Shown here piece by piece: positions 1-11,541 of a stretch of DNA of 64,000 bases (the first letter of the stretch is position 1; every line of letters starts with the position of its first letter). A program made the translations under genes and the position numbers. The stretch covers positions 868,214 through 932,213 of the forward strand of contig NW_003314302.1 in the NCBI RefSeq assembly GCF_000143415.4, read 5' to 3'. The notes beneath the pieces were generated by a model, which was not told the origin of the DNA, did no database searches, and worked only from the letters and a program-made list of their open reading frames with translations. This DNA is from Selaginella moellendorffii. Its lineage: Eukaryota; Plantae; Lycopodiophyta.

Positions 1-77
1 CCAGTCAGCTCATAGCAATGCAGCAAATTTTCTAGATATCACAACAAAAATGCGATGCAATGCAGAGAAGAGCGTAC

Positions 78-275
78 CGGTTCTTTCCTCGACAGCTTGT
101 GATTCGCCACAGCCTGCTCCAAAAACATATTGACAAGCTCGGCATGCCCGGGAGACAAAGCCCTGCCGCTCGCCAATCCATCCAAATGCTCCTCCAATCT
201 CTGCGGAATCAGCACGAACTCAATCCATAATCCAGCCACGTCCGCCTTCCCGCCGCCGCCGTCTGGAGCCACCAT
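78..275 (-). CDS. First coding exon of a gene running off the left edge; N-terminus resembles Integrator complex subunit 8 (INTS8)
   Basis: ATG at 275 and phase-0 donor CCG|GTACGC at 77. The peptide LWIEFVLIPQRLEEHL...ELVNMFLEQA recalls the animal INTS8 N-terminal WFEFLL...LLEKHL...LIVQFLEQA. A telo-box lies upstream. Confidence 0.4.
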
Positions 276-480
276 CACTCCCTCCAACCCTAATTCCACG
301 GCCAGGCCACCAGATTACCATTCCTACACCAATCCCGGCCGCATTGTCGACCAAATTCCAGCCGCCGGCGCCACTGCCTGGCATGAAATCGGTGACCTAG
401 ACGCCCGCTCGAGCAGCAGCAGCGCTTCGAGACGACGCCCCGGGAAAGAGAGAGAACAAGATTGGATCATCGGGACACCA

Positions 481-830
481 TAAACCCTAAGAGGAGGAGC
501 CACAGACACGATACAGGTGCCTCGACGGCTCTGTGAAGAACAGAGCAAAATGCAAAGCCCTGCCCTAGTTATATAGGGTTAGAGCTGCGGTGCCGCGCGG
601 GTGCCGCCCGCACTGGAGGTGTCGGGTTCGAATCTAGTGCTTGACATATTAAAAGGATACTTAGCATCTCCCAAGTTTCTTGGAAGCACACATTTAATAC
701 CGACACGTGTCACATCTTTCTTTATTCGAAAGCCCTAAAACTGCGTAAAAGCGTAACACGTGTCAATCTGTGACTGTGCCAAGTGTCAAGCCTTGACACG
801 TGTTCCCTCCAGATCGTTCTCTTTTCAAAG
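481..830. promoter_or_regulatory. Divergent promoter region with telo-boxes and repeated ACACGTGT (G-box-like) sites
   Basis: AAACCCTAA at 482-490 and TAGGGTT near 575. ACACGTGT occurs near 703, 756 and 797, between head-to-head genes. Confidence 0.45.
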
Positions 831-973
831 ACCACCGGCCCTAGCTCTCTAGCGAGGAGTGATTCTTTTTCTTGATCGATCAACAAGGCGCTGCGATTCA
901 ATCGATTAATCTCACCGAGGTGTGTAATCGCTAGTAGCTAGCGCCTAGTAAAACTTACTCTAGGAATCCCTTG

Positions 974-2867
974 ATGGGGAAAAATTCGAGCTCCACGCAA
1001 CCGCCTCCACAAATGCTGGGGGAGATGGCCAAAGAAGGCGCTCTCTCCGATCCCGCCGTGGTGGATCTGGACGGGACGAAATCCGTCGGCGACGCCCTAC
1101 AAAATGGTAAGCCTGGTGACCTTGACGACGTTTGGTCGATGATATCGGCAAATGGCCACTCCGAGAAGCCCGAAAATCGAAAGAAGCTTTGCATTCTTAG
1201 CCTGGATGGAGGGGGAATGCGCGGACTGATCGGCTCAAGAATTCTATGTCGACTGGAAGCATTTCTCCAGGTAAACTTATTTCTTTCTTTTATAGCTAAA
1301 ACTTTAGTTTTCTCTCGATTGACTTTATAACACTCCGAAGTTTTCTTCTTCCATAGCTATGGACTTTATAAGTTGAACTTCTCTTGTCTTTGCAGGAGAA
1401 AACGATGGCAAGAGTTAGACTCTGTGACTACTTTGATCTTCTCGCTGGAACCAGCACTGGAGCTCTGATAGCTCTCATGCTCGCGACACCAGACGAGGCT
1501 GGCGAGCCACTCTTCACGGCGCAGGAGTGCTGCCGGTTCTACGCCGTGAACGGCCGCCATATCTTCCAGCGGAGATGGTACGATCCTTTTCATTTCTCCG
1601 TGCGGCAGATGTATAGGCCGAAGTACTCTCCTCGGAGATTGGAAAAATTGCTCAAGGACTATCTCGTTCGAGACGGGAGGGAGCTTACGCTGAGAGACAC
1701 TCTCAAACCGGTGCTTGTGACGGCGTTCGACATCTCTCAGGCGACTCCTTTCTTTTTTGTGCGCCAGGCAGCCATGAAGGACGAGAGCAAAAACTTCCGG
1801 TAAATCCCCACCTTTGTCTTTTGCCTTTAAACAATTTGTTTGTTCATTTTCATTCCAGGCTTTGGGAAGTCTGCCGTGCCACGGTTGCAGCACCGACATA
1901 CTTTCGTCCGGCTCATGTTACTTCAGTGGATGGTAAAGTCTCAGCAACACTAATTGATGGAGCAGTCGTGCAAAACAATCCGGTACCGGGCACCTCTTAG
2001 TTTTGTTGCTCCACTGAATGGCTTCGCTGTTGGCTTTTCAGGCGCTTGTTGCAGTCACTCATGCTTGGAGCAACAACACGGATTTCCCTGAAGCGACTGG
2101 TCTCCAAGACGTGATGGTACTTGTTTAAAGAGAACTTTGCTTTTTCGTACGTAGAGATGGTGTGGTGGCTTTGTCACCGTGTGCTTCATTAATCGCGGAG
2201 GGATCTTTTGCAGGTCTTGTCGCTTGGTGCGGGCCAGCTCGACGAAAGATACGAGCTTGACGCTGCCAAGAAATGGGGATTAGCAGGATGGATGCGTCCT
2301 CTACTCAACATTATGATGGACGGCACCGCAGGTAAGAGAATTATCGCTAGAAACTCTTAGAAACTCGCATCTCTCATGTGTCTTTGTTAAATCCAGATAC
2401 TGTGGACTATCAATTGTCATCCGCGTTTGCTGGATACGATTGCTCTGACAATTACTTGCGAATCCAGGCACGTTTTTTGCATTTAGTCTACATGGCTTGT
2501 TTTCTTATTCTTGTCTTGTTCGTCTTGGCAGCTCTCCGGCCTGCCTAAGAGCATGGCGTACATGGACTGCGCGAGCCAGAAAAACATCGAAGACTTGACA
2601 CGCCTCACGGACGAGCTCTTGATGCAAAAGGCCGTGGCACGAAATGCTTTCGGAGAGAAGATTGTCCTGGAAGAGACGTATGAGCAGCGCTTGTCGTGGT
2701 TTGCGGACCAGCTGATAGAGCAGAAGAAGCTCCATTCTACTTCGGCGTCTGGGGATAGAGCGCAGCCCAAGGGAGGAGACTCGACGCCGGGGCATTTAGG
2801 ACGCCTCGTCTCGCCGGTCCTAAGTCACTTGCTCCAGCATCAAAGAAGCCAAAGCGGTGATCTTTAG
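974..2867 (+). CDS. Patatin-like phospholipase A; exons 974-1270, 1396-1799, 1859-1982, 2042-2116, 2214-2331, 2397-2467, 2532-2867
   Basis: Motifs LSLDGGGMRG, GTSTG, AAPTYF, LIDGAVVQNNP, VLSLGAG and NYLRIQ. The splice sites keep the frame; the last intron is GC-AG. Confidence 0.93.
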
Positions 2868-2959
2868 AATGGTTTGTTTTTATGCTTTTCTTATCCCCGG
2901 AAGCTGAATCTCCAGGTGGACGTGGAAGATTTGACGACCGACGCTGCTCGTTATAGAAC

Positions 2960-3400
2960 ACACAGATGTGAGTTCAAGTTTAAGCTGGATTCTTGCTTCC
3001 CGTCTCACTCCACTGCAGTTTACAGATATACAAGAGTTCAGACGAGACTTATTCTTTTCATACACTCAAGCGAAAGAAATAGTTAACGGGACTTTTCGCC
3101 CCGGCTTGAAAGGATTTTGATTTGGTAACTTTTTAAGTTCATACGTTTTTCTCACTCTTTTTGTTGCTGAATTGTTGCTGAAGCTCGCCAAAGTGTTGAT
3201 GTTTAGAATGGTTCGTTTGTGAGAGTTAAATGCGGTGATCTTCCGGTGGATTTCCAAGGATGTGGAAGAATAGAACGCAAAGATGTGAGTTTTAAGTTCA
3301 AGTTGGATTCTTACTCACTCCATTGCAGCATACAGATTTTCAGCGAGTGTTCGTTCTTGAAACAAACAATTAAATTTTGATTCGGTAACTTTCAAGTTCA
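2960..3400. repeat. Degenerate tandem duplication in the convergent 3' region between patatin and FNR
   Basis: AGATGTGAGTT..AAG(C/T)TGGATTCTT..CTCACTCCA(C/T)TGCAG..TACAGAT occurs at ~2964 and ~3281. TTTTGATT(T/C)GGTAACTTT..AAGTTCA occurs at ~3115 and ~3375. Confidence 0.6.
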
Positions 3401-3438
3401 GGCAAAGCATTGAAGCTACCGAGTTTTTCTCCGCCTCC

Positions 3439-4350
3439 TCAATATACATCTACATGCCACTGCTTGTTCCTTTTCCAGCCAGAGAGTTTCTCATGCCAAG
3501 AATCCCCGCAAAGCTTCCTGAAAGTCTCTTGAATCCCCTCCATCATCTCCTCCCTCCCGCAAAAGTAAATATGTCCTCCACTTTCGAGCAGCTCCAACAC
3601 CTCCTTGCCTCTCTCCTTGATCCTGTGCTGGACGTAGAACTTCCCTCCACTTCGATCCACCATCTCTCGACTCAGCGCAAGATCATACCGAAAGCTACTC
3701 GGGAAGTCCCTCGCGATCCTCTCGAACTCGTCGTGATACAAGAGACTCTTAGAGCTGGCGACGCCGAGGAACAGCCACGCCAGTCCATCAAACTTGAAAG
3801 GCACCTCCTCGACGAACATCCGGCGAAGAAATCCTCGAAACGGCGCCACTCCAGTTCCAGTTCCAACCATGATCTGAGCTCCTCGCGGATTTTCCTCGTT
3901 GAGCAGTAGCGAGCTTCCAAACGGGCCAACGATGCGAACTTGATCTCCGGGACGAGCGTCGCAGAGGAAGTTGCTACAAATCCCCGGTATGGTCGAGTTT
4001 GGATCGTTTGGATCATAGCTCACGATTCTCTTGACGCACAGGCTCGCGGTTCTCCCGGACAAATCATCGCCATACCTTGATGACGCGAGAGAGTACAAGC
4101 GATTTGGAGGAGGAGCTCCGGGTCTCTTTGGATTCGTCCCTGGCGGGAGAATTCCGTACGATTGTCCCTCCCAGAAAGGAATGTTGCCTCCATGGTCGAT
4201 CACAATGTGGTACGTGTCTCCTCCATTTTCTCCAGTGGTGAGGCGATGGACGGACTCGATCGTAGCGACGTAGGGCGATTTGCGCGTGTAGAGATTGGTG
4301 GGCGCTTTCTTGAGAAGCTCCAAGCTTCGCGGAAGAACAAGCCGCCTCAT
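3439..4350 (-). CDS. RFNR: Ferredoxin-NADP+ reductase, root-type, intronless, with no evident transit peptide
   Basis: 303 aa with HIVIDHGGNIPFWEGQSYG, RLYSLASSRYGD, GICSNFLC, GTGTGVAPFRG, LAWLFLGV, HIYFCG and C-terminal WHVDVY. Confidence 0.92.
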   Translation of the reverse strand: MRRLVLPRSLELLKKAPTNLYTRKSPYVATIESVHRLTTGENGGDTYHIVIDHGGNIPFWEGQSYGILPPGTNPKRPGAPPPNRLYSLASSRYGDDLSGRTASLCVKRIVSYDPNDPNSTIPGICSNFLCDARPGDQVRIVGPFGSSLLLNEENPRGAQIMVGTGTGVAPFRGFLRRMFVEEVPFKFDGLAWLFLGVASSKSLLYHDEFERIARDFPSSFRYDLALSREMVDRSGGKFYVQHRIKERGKEVLELLESGGHIYFCGREEMMEGIQETFRKLCGDSWHEKLSGWKRNKQWHVDVY

Positions 4351-6439
4351 TAGGAACCCTAAGAACAGACTGCCTCAATTTAAAGGCCTTTCACCTTTGT
4401 CAGTACCTTTTATCCTTTCTTCATTTAAACTTAATTGATTTTCCTTTTGTCTAGGGTTGATCACCAAGTAGGATTTGCAGATGGGGAGTTTGTTTGTGAT
4501 GACGACAATGGAGGCTAACATGGTGAAAGGTTCTCCCAAAGATTCTAGAAGCAAATCTAGCAAGGATAAGGAACTGCCATCACCAAAGGATCAACCAAAA
4601 CCGTCGGTGAAATCATGGATGGTTCAATTATAAATTATTATGTAAGGAAAATATCTATCAATATATCTGGATGTCATAATACTTCTATAGTTTGCAAGGT
4701 TACCATTGGATCTGGATCCGATTGGTAACTTATTTTGCCACACGATGTCAAGCCCCCATTCTTGAAAGCCTGGATTATGGTGGCATAAGCAAATCCATTA
4801 CCAAAGAAACTAACTCTCCTAGGAAGAAGAAGCAAAGTTGATATTAATCTGAAGTGAGGAACATCAAATGGTTTTCTCATGGAAACCTTAATTTCTAATT
4901 AAAATATTAATTTATATATTTTAATTCGAAAAATATAAAACTTATAGAAAGTGATAATTTTATTATTAAAAGATTTAGTGGCATTATCTCAATTCAGTAT
5001 GTTATAAGTGTGGATTATCAATCATGTTCACAAGAATTGATAGCAAAAATAATTTTCATAAATTTCTTTTCACATAACTCTAAGGTTAACCTCTCATTTA
5101 GTGCCACGATTAGTATTTTATCAAACCAAATTATAATAAATAGGAATTAAACTGTTTTTAAAAAATTATTTTATTTTAAAAAAATAATATTTAATTTTTG
5201 ATAATCATCTATGCCAAATGACATTATAAAGCCTAAAATTCAATTATTATATTTTCATTTTTTACATTTATAATAGGATAAAGAAACAATAAGGTTTTTT
5301 TAGGCCATAAAATATTGCACTTGGTTTATTCTACCTGAAAAGTCCAAAACTTATTATGAAAAACTTCAGCAGCTTGTGTATATACTAATGTATAAATAAA
5401 ATAACATAAAGTTTAATTTAATTTTTCTTTTTTTTTGTAATTTTATTTAAATTTAGCTAAATAAAAGTTATTTAAAAATAATAAATATAAATATTAAAAA
5501 TTAAAAATTATTAAAGAAAGTTATACTTTCCTTAAACCCTAAACAATAATTAATAATAATATTTGAAATAATTTATTTGAATTAAGTTTTTGCCATAGAT
5601 AAAATTTAGATTAAATTTTCTATATTAAAAAAATCAAGACAACAAATTGTTTTATTTCATGTTGTGAGGTCCAGATATATGGCTATGATGTCATCTACTA
5701 ATATTAATGGCCATATAGTAATATTAGTATAGTGGAATTTTGATAACTGTTAAATTGGTTTTAATTGTATTCTCTTTCTATATTCTATAAACTCGTATTA
5801 GTGGAGATGAGGATTGCTTGGATTTGGGATTTTAGTTTAGATTTAGCTTTTGCATTGTCTAGATCTCATTATCCTTGTAGCTTTTTCAATTTCTTCTTTT
5901 TTGCTTTTTCTATTTTTCATTCATCTTCATGAGAAAGCAATAGCCTTTTACTCCTTTGACTCTAGAATAATAATTGGTGCAATTGCTCGATGTTATATGG
6001 TTGTGGTTGAATAATCAAACTCAATTGATAGTAATATTTACAACATATGGTATAACTTCTTTTGCTTTTACTACTAATCCTTGTGTTTGGTCAAAGTTTT
6101 TTTGCAGGAATCCTAGAGATTATGTGTATCATTGGTTTGATCACTTTACAGTGATTGTTACCTATCATTCTTGGGATGGGTAAGCAACTAAATTTTTTAC
6201 TTTACTTTAGCTATTTAAAGAGTCTCACTCACAACCTCTATAAATCCTATTCCGATCTTGGAGACTTTTTAGCCTCATCAATGACATTGATGCCGCTTAA
6301 CCTTTACACTTGTCCAAGTGCTTCATGTATTCGATCTCATAATCAACACTTCAAAAGTATTATTGACATATCAACTTGTTATACTAAAGTTATAGTTGTT
6401 TACCTTTGTCTCATTGGTAGTCCTAGACCACATATATCA

Positions 6440-7625
6440 TAATCCCATTTCTCAAAGACTAAATTATTCATTCATGAGTGGTCATTTTAAAACCACTCCT
6501 TAGCATCTTTAGGATGTTAAAGACATAAAGAATAGCCTTCCCTAACATCCCTTTTCGATCCCCACCAAATCCCTAGCTGTGTTTGCCAACACTGCCACTG
6601 GGTTAGGGCTAGAAGGCCCAACCACTACATCTCATTGACCTTTAGGACTTCCTTGCGATATGACTACATCTTTAGTCACTATATAAGAGGATTGGTCTTT
6701 TTTCTTTCCACAATTTGGGACTTTGGGATAACATCTTGAAACACTATATGAGTTTTGTGGGTACTCTCCCCACTTTTTGCCTTTGGGTGCTCTAGCCATA
6801 TGACTAGAGTGAGGTTGAAATAAGCCATGCTATGTATCCAAGTAGGTAGTCCCACCCACATTTGGACTAGGAGAATTGACCATTTGATCTCTCAGAGGAA
6901 CTAGAGTCAGTTCTTGAATACTTCACTAAGTTACCCCACTTATCTATTTGTATTCACTCTAACTTTAGACTCCCTAGTTGTTATATCATCATTCAACATA
7001 TGGGTATAACTTTCCTGAGTCATACTGGCCTTTCCTAGCCAAATTAATTCCACTAAAGTCCAACCCTCACACTCTCCCTACTATACTTTTGGAACCCTTT
7101 ACAACCCTTTGGGGGACGATCACTTTAAGCTTTCACCCCATAGGTTATATTAATATTCGGACTTAATCTTAGACTCAGACTCAAACTCGGTCTTGGTCTT
7201 GGTCTCTATCTCAGGTTTATTTCAGACTCCATCTTGAACTCCATCTTGGGTCCATCTTGAATTCCATCTTAGACTTGATCTCAAACTCCATCTCAGGTTC
7301 ATTTTGGACTCCATTTCGGACTCTATCTGGTCCATCTTAAACTCTATCTCAAGTCTATCTCAAATTCCATCTTGGACTCCTTCTTGAACTCTTTCATGTG
7401 TCATATATTGATCCTCTTATATCCCTTTTCTAGAGACTCACTTATTACTTGCTTTATGCTTGTTCCTCGATCATTTCATTTTATTAAGAGTTCTACTCTC
7501 ACTCTTAACTTTTCAAGTTGGAACTTTTAGTTTAAATGTGTTACTCTCGTTTGGCTTCCACTTTGGCCACTACTATGTGACACCCTTTCAACTCCACTTT
7601 GGGGCCTAAAGGTTTGTGTCTTATA
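6440..7625 (-). mobile_element. Decayed solo LTR of the long-LTR ('X') family, lacking the Cassandra insert
   Basis: Colinear, AT-shifted match to 12900-13709 followed by 19893-20254, including the GACTCCATCT-type minisatellite at 7170-7390. Confidence 0.75.
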
Positions 7626-7867
7626 AGATGATGTTTGGTATTTACATGAGTTTCCCATGTGCCTCCAGAGTTATACAAGTAGTGAAGGGTCCTTGCACAA
7701 ATAAGTTAATAACCCCTCTATCTTTCTTTTAGGAGGGGTTCACTCGGTACCAGTTTATCTAGTGTTTACTTTATAAATTCATTTCTATAACAAAATGTCT
7801 TCTATTATTTTCTTTATGTTGGTTGATATAGGTTTAAGTTTATCTTTTATTGCTCAGCTTGTTGCCC

Positions 7868-8385
7868 CAAATATTCCAAGACCCTTAACCGATTAAAAAA
7901 GGGGGTGCACTCTTGTTCATGGGCCCTTTCCCTCTATATTTGAACCCCATGGATCATTGCTTGAGTCGTTCTCTTTGGTCGCTTATAATCCACCACGCTT
8001 CCCTACAAGTTCACGCCCTCGTAAACGGAAGCTGAGAGCCACAGCTCTCCCAAGAGCCCCGCTCTCTTGACACCCTACCCCTCGGGTTGAGCCCAGCGGG
8101 AGCAAATTGGACCAGCCAGATGTCAATCAACATGTGATGTGATTCCCCTAGCTAACCAATAGAGCCAGTCCCGAGACTCCTCTGATACCAAATGTAAGCT
8201 CTTGAATTTAGACTTCCCGAGAGGTCATCCAACCCAGTACTATTCAAACCCAAGGATGCTTAACCTTAAATATCCCAAGACCCTTAACCGATTAGAAAAG
8301 GGGGTGCACTCTTGTTCATGGGCCCTTTCCCTCTATATTTGAACCCTATGGATTGTCTTTTGAGTCGTTCTCTTTAGTTGTTCAT
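7868..8385 (-). mobile_element. Degenerate Cassandra-like TRIM (partial LTR, internal domain, LTR)
   Basis: Matches the 399-bp unit at 11542-12533. CTCTGATACCA (reverse complement of the tRNA-iMet PBS) lies near 8180. Confidence 0.85.
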
Positions 8386-9089
8386 ATGGACCTAGTTGTG
8401 CGGGTGATCTTAAGCTTGAGCTTCAATCGTTGTGGATGGTGTGAATTAAGCTTTTGATCTCATCCTTGGTATAGATTGGTTGCGGCATAATTATGTTAAA
8501 TATAACTTTGAGGCTTCTCCTCTTTGTCTTATATTCTCTCCTATTTATTCCATTCCTCTCACTTTTATTTCTCTTTGTTTCTTTATTTTTACTTTTGCTT
8601 TTGTTACTTTTATCTCCCTATTACTTCCTCCTATGTTTTTGTCTTGCTCTTCTATTCCCTTTTCAAATCCATTAGTCAGTCTTTATGTTGCAATGGTTGA
8701 CCGGCTCATGAAGGAGTATTAAATTTAATTTGTTATCTAGGGCTAAGATTTTAACACGACATTCTATTCCAATTGGGGATGCTCATCTAATTAAGGTTTA
8801 CATTTGCCATTGGTTGTCAAAGGAGATTAAAATTTTACTTATAAATGTCAAAGAGATGTTGGAAAAAGGTGTTATCCGAAAGTCGCAAAGTCCTTGAGTA
8901 TGAACCTCATTTTGTCATGAAGTCTGATGAGAGTATTTGCTTCTACATCAACTATCAACTATTAAACAAAATGATTATCCCAGATGTGTATCCTCTTCCT
9001 TACATTACTGATTTTCTATATCGTCTAGGGAGAAGTCATTGGCTCACCAAGTTAAATCTTGATTATTGGTACTAGCAATTGTTGATAGC

Positions 9090-10540
9090 TGTCGTGAATG
9101 TGATTTCGAGCATCGAAAGATACTTGTTGGCCAGTCCTTACGGACACTCTTCTCTTACTGCCATGACGGCAGAAGGTAGGTACAGTTAGTTCCCTTTATC
9201 GTTCCCACTTGAGCTAGTTAAGAAATTGGTCAATGACCATGTACTTAAAATGGATAAACATAAGGTAGGAACCCTATGTGTTTCTTGCTAAACATACTCA
9301 GCCTGGTTTGAGAAACTCCTCTTATTGTCTTGCACTTGCTAGTATCAAGAACCCCTGGGTATTGAGACTAATCCCTCAATATTGCTGAATGATAGCTGAC
9401 CATGTCTGCCAAACACCCTCGCTATCCCCTTGTGTTAGTCTCATTTCGGTCCTAAATTCTATTTATGGAAAGTATCTAGATTTTCCCATTTGGCATATTT
9501 ACGGAATGTAGAGATCAGCCTGAATACAATGGTGTTTGTCCCGTGTCCAAATTCACAATCTAAGGACATTCTGTATTTAGTAAGTTTCGAACTTGTCCCA
9601 GAGACTTAACTCCTGGTACTAAAGGAGGCTTGGGGTGAAAGCCCAAAGCGTGTGTCCCTCAAAGGGGGGCTATGGGGGGTTCCAAATATATAGTAGGGAT
9701 AGTGGTTGGAATGCATATCCGACCACCTGAGACATTAGTTTGGCTCCCTATAGTGCACTTTATCTCTCTCCCCTTAAGGCAATTGGAAAAGGGGCAATTG
9801 GTTGATAAGAGAGCCTTTAGTAGTTATTTTATCCCCATTTATCCCTTAAGGTTCTAAGGATCCATGGTGACAGTATATCCAAATCTCATCCCATGATCAC
9901 ATGCGCTACACTCACCCCCCCTTCAGAGATGTCAATATCCTCATTGATTATTGACTCCATCACCTCAATTTCCACATTTCAGCTATTCCATGTGAGGTAT
10001 CTAGTCATCCACCTGTACTGCAGTCCCACAGTGGATACCTTCGTCTGTGGATACTCCACACAAGAGGAAGGACGTATGCAGGGATGCCCAATACGTATTT
10101 TTAAGTAGCCACTAATCAATGGGAATTGAACTCGTGCCATTTGCTCTAATACTAACTATAGCGCACCTTATCTCTCTCCTTTTAAGCCAACTGGAAAAAC
10201 GGCAATTGCTTGATAAGAGAGCCCTTAGTGGCTATTTTATCCCTATTTATCCCTCAAGATTCCAAGGATCTATGGTGATAGTATATCCAAATCTCATCCC
10301 ATGATCACATGCGCTACACTCCCGCTGGGCTGTGTCGCTTTTTGTTCTGCGCCTGGCTTAAATTTAAGCCCAAGCTCCATGCTGCTCTAGTTGGTGGGGT
10401 ACCCTCCTCCTCGCGTTAGGCCACTGGTATGCCAAATTTGTGCCAGACTCCGTCTGACACCATTTTGCATGCAGGTGCTAGATACGGGGAGCTAGTGCTC
10501 GTGGGATTGTACCGGACCTCGTTTCGTAGCACAACAGGCT
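9090..10540 (+). repeat. Non-coding LTR-like dispersed repeat (other copies at ~35430-36370 and, reversed, ~59700-60420)
   Basis: Both this copy and the one at 35430 begin TGTCGTGAATGTGA. An internal ~170-bp direct repeat lies at ~9735-9915 and ~10155-10322. Confidence 0.65.
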
Positions 10541-11050
10541 TCGAGTTCGGCTCCAAATTCATATATGCTACAATGTTCCCAATACTACTTTTCATACACC
10601 ATTTAGTTTGTATAAATGCTTTGTGAACAATATTTTAGCAACTTTCTAGCAAATGATGGATAATGTTAGGAATCCCCCAATTCATACCACATTCCTGAAT
10701 CTCACTGGATTTCTGACCTGCAAACCACATTCCTGATTCTCGAGACACTTCCCTATTCCTGACTCTTGAGACTTTTCCCTATTCCTAACTCTCTGATTTC
10801 TTGTACGATTCCCGAGTCTTGAGCCACATTCTTGATGATGATGTGGCGCCTCCTCGACCTCAGCTATATTTAGGCCGTCCTCGATCCAAGAGTGGTGGAG
10901 CTTCATCAACCTATAGTATATATAGGTTAGCCTTGTTCCATTTCTCCACAATTTGAATCAACAACAGTCTAAGGCTTCTTCTTTGTTTCCATTAGCTTTT
11001 CTCTTTGTCTTTTGCATTTTCCAGTCTTGATCTTGTTGGGGGTCTTGACA

Positions 11051-11067
11051 GTTTGATTCAGATTGTG
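11051..11067 (+). promoter_or_regulatory. Self-priming PBS complementary to the presumed 5' end of the element's own transcript
   Basis: GTTTGATTCAGATTGTG after the 5' LTR is nearly the reverse complement of CACAATTTGAATCAAC (~10947-10962), just downstream of TATATATA (~10917-10924). There is no TGG tRNA PBS. Confidence 0.75.
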
Positions 11068-11541
11068 TTTTTTCATTTTTTTTTTCCTTTAGCTCATTTT
11101 GATTGTTTGACTGCCTTTGCCTTCTTTCCCCCTTTTTCTTTCTTTCTGCTGATGGAGTCTCCAAGCCATCCTGATTTCTTTGCCGAAGTCCTTGCAAAAA
11201 TCCAGTCTGAATACCAAGCTGAAGGCGACCCTTCTTCGCATGCAGCCGGAGTTTGCTTCACTTTCAGCTCAAGGATCCAGCAAAGTCCTTGAACCAAAGG
11301 TGAGTTTCCTAGCGAAATTTTCAAGCAAGCGTTTGGAGCTTCGCGGATTCCTGAACCAGATGGAGCTGATCTTCGCACTTCAACATCGACGATACCCCAC
11401 TCTTGAGTCTCAAATCGGCGCAATTAGGACATTGATCAAAAGTGCAACTTTGTTATGGTTTTCTCCTCTTCTAGAGAAGAGCATGAAAGGGGTCGTGGTT
11501 CCGGAGCTGATGGATCTTCAATTGTTTAAAGAGAAGCTCGA

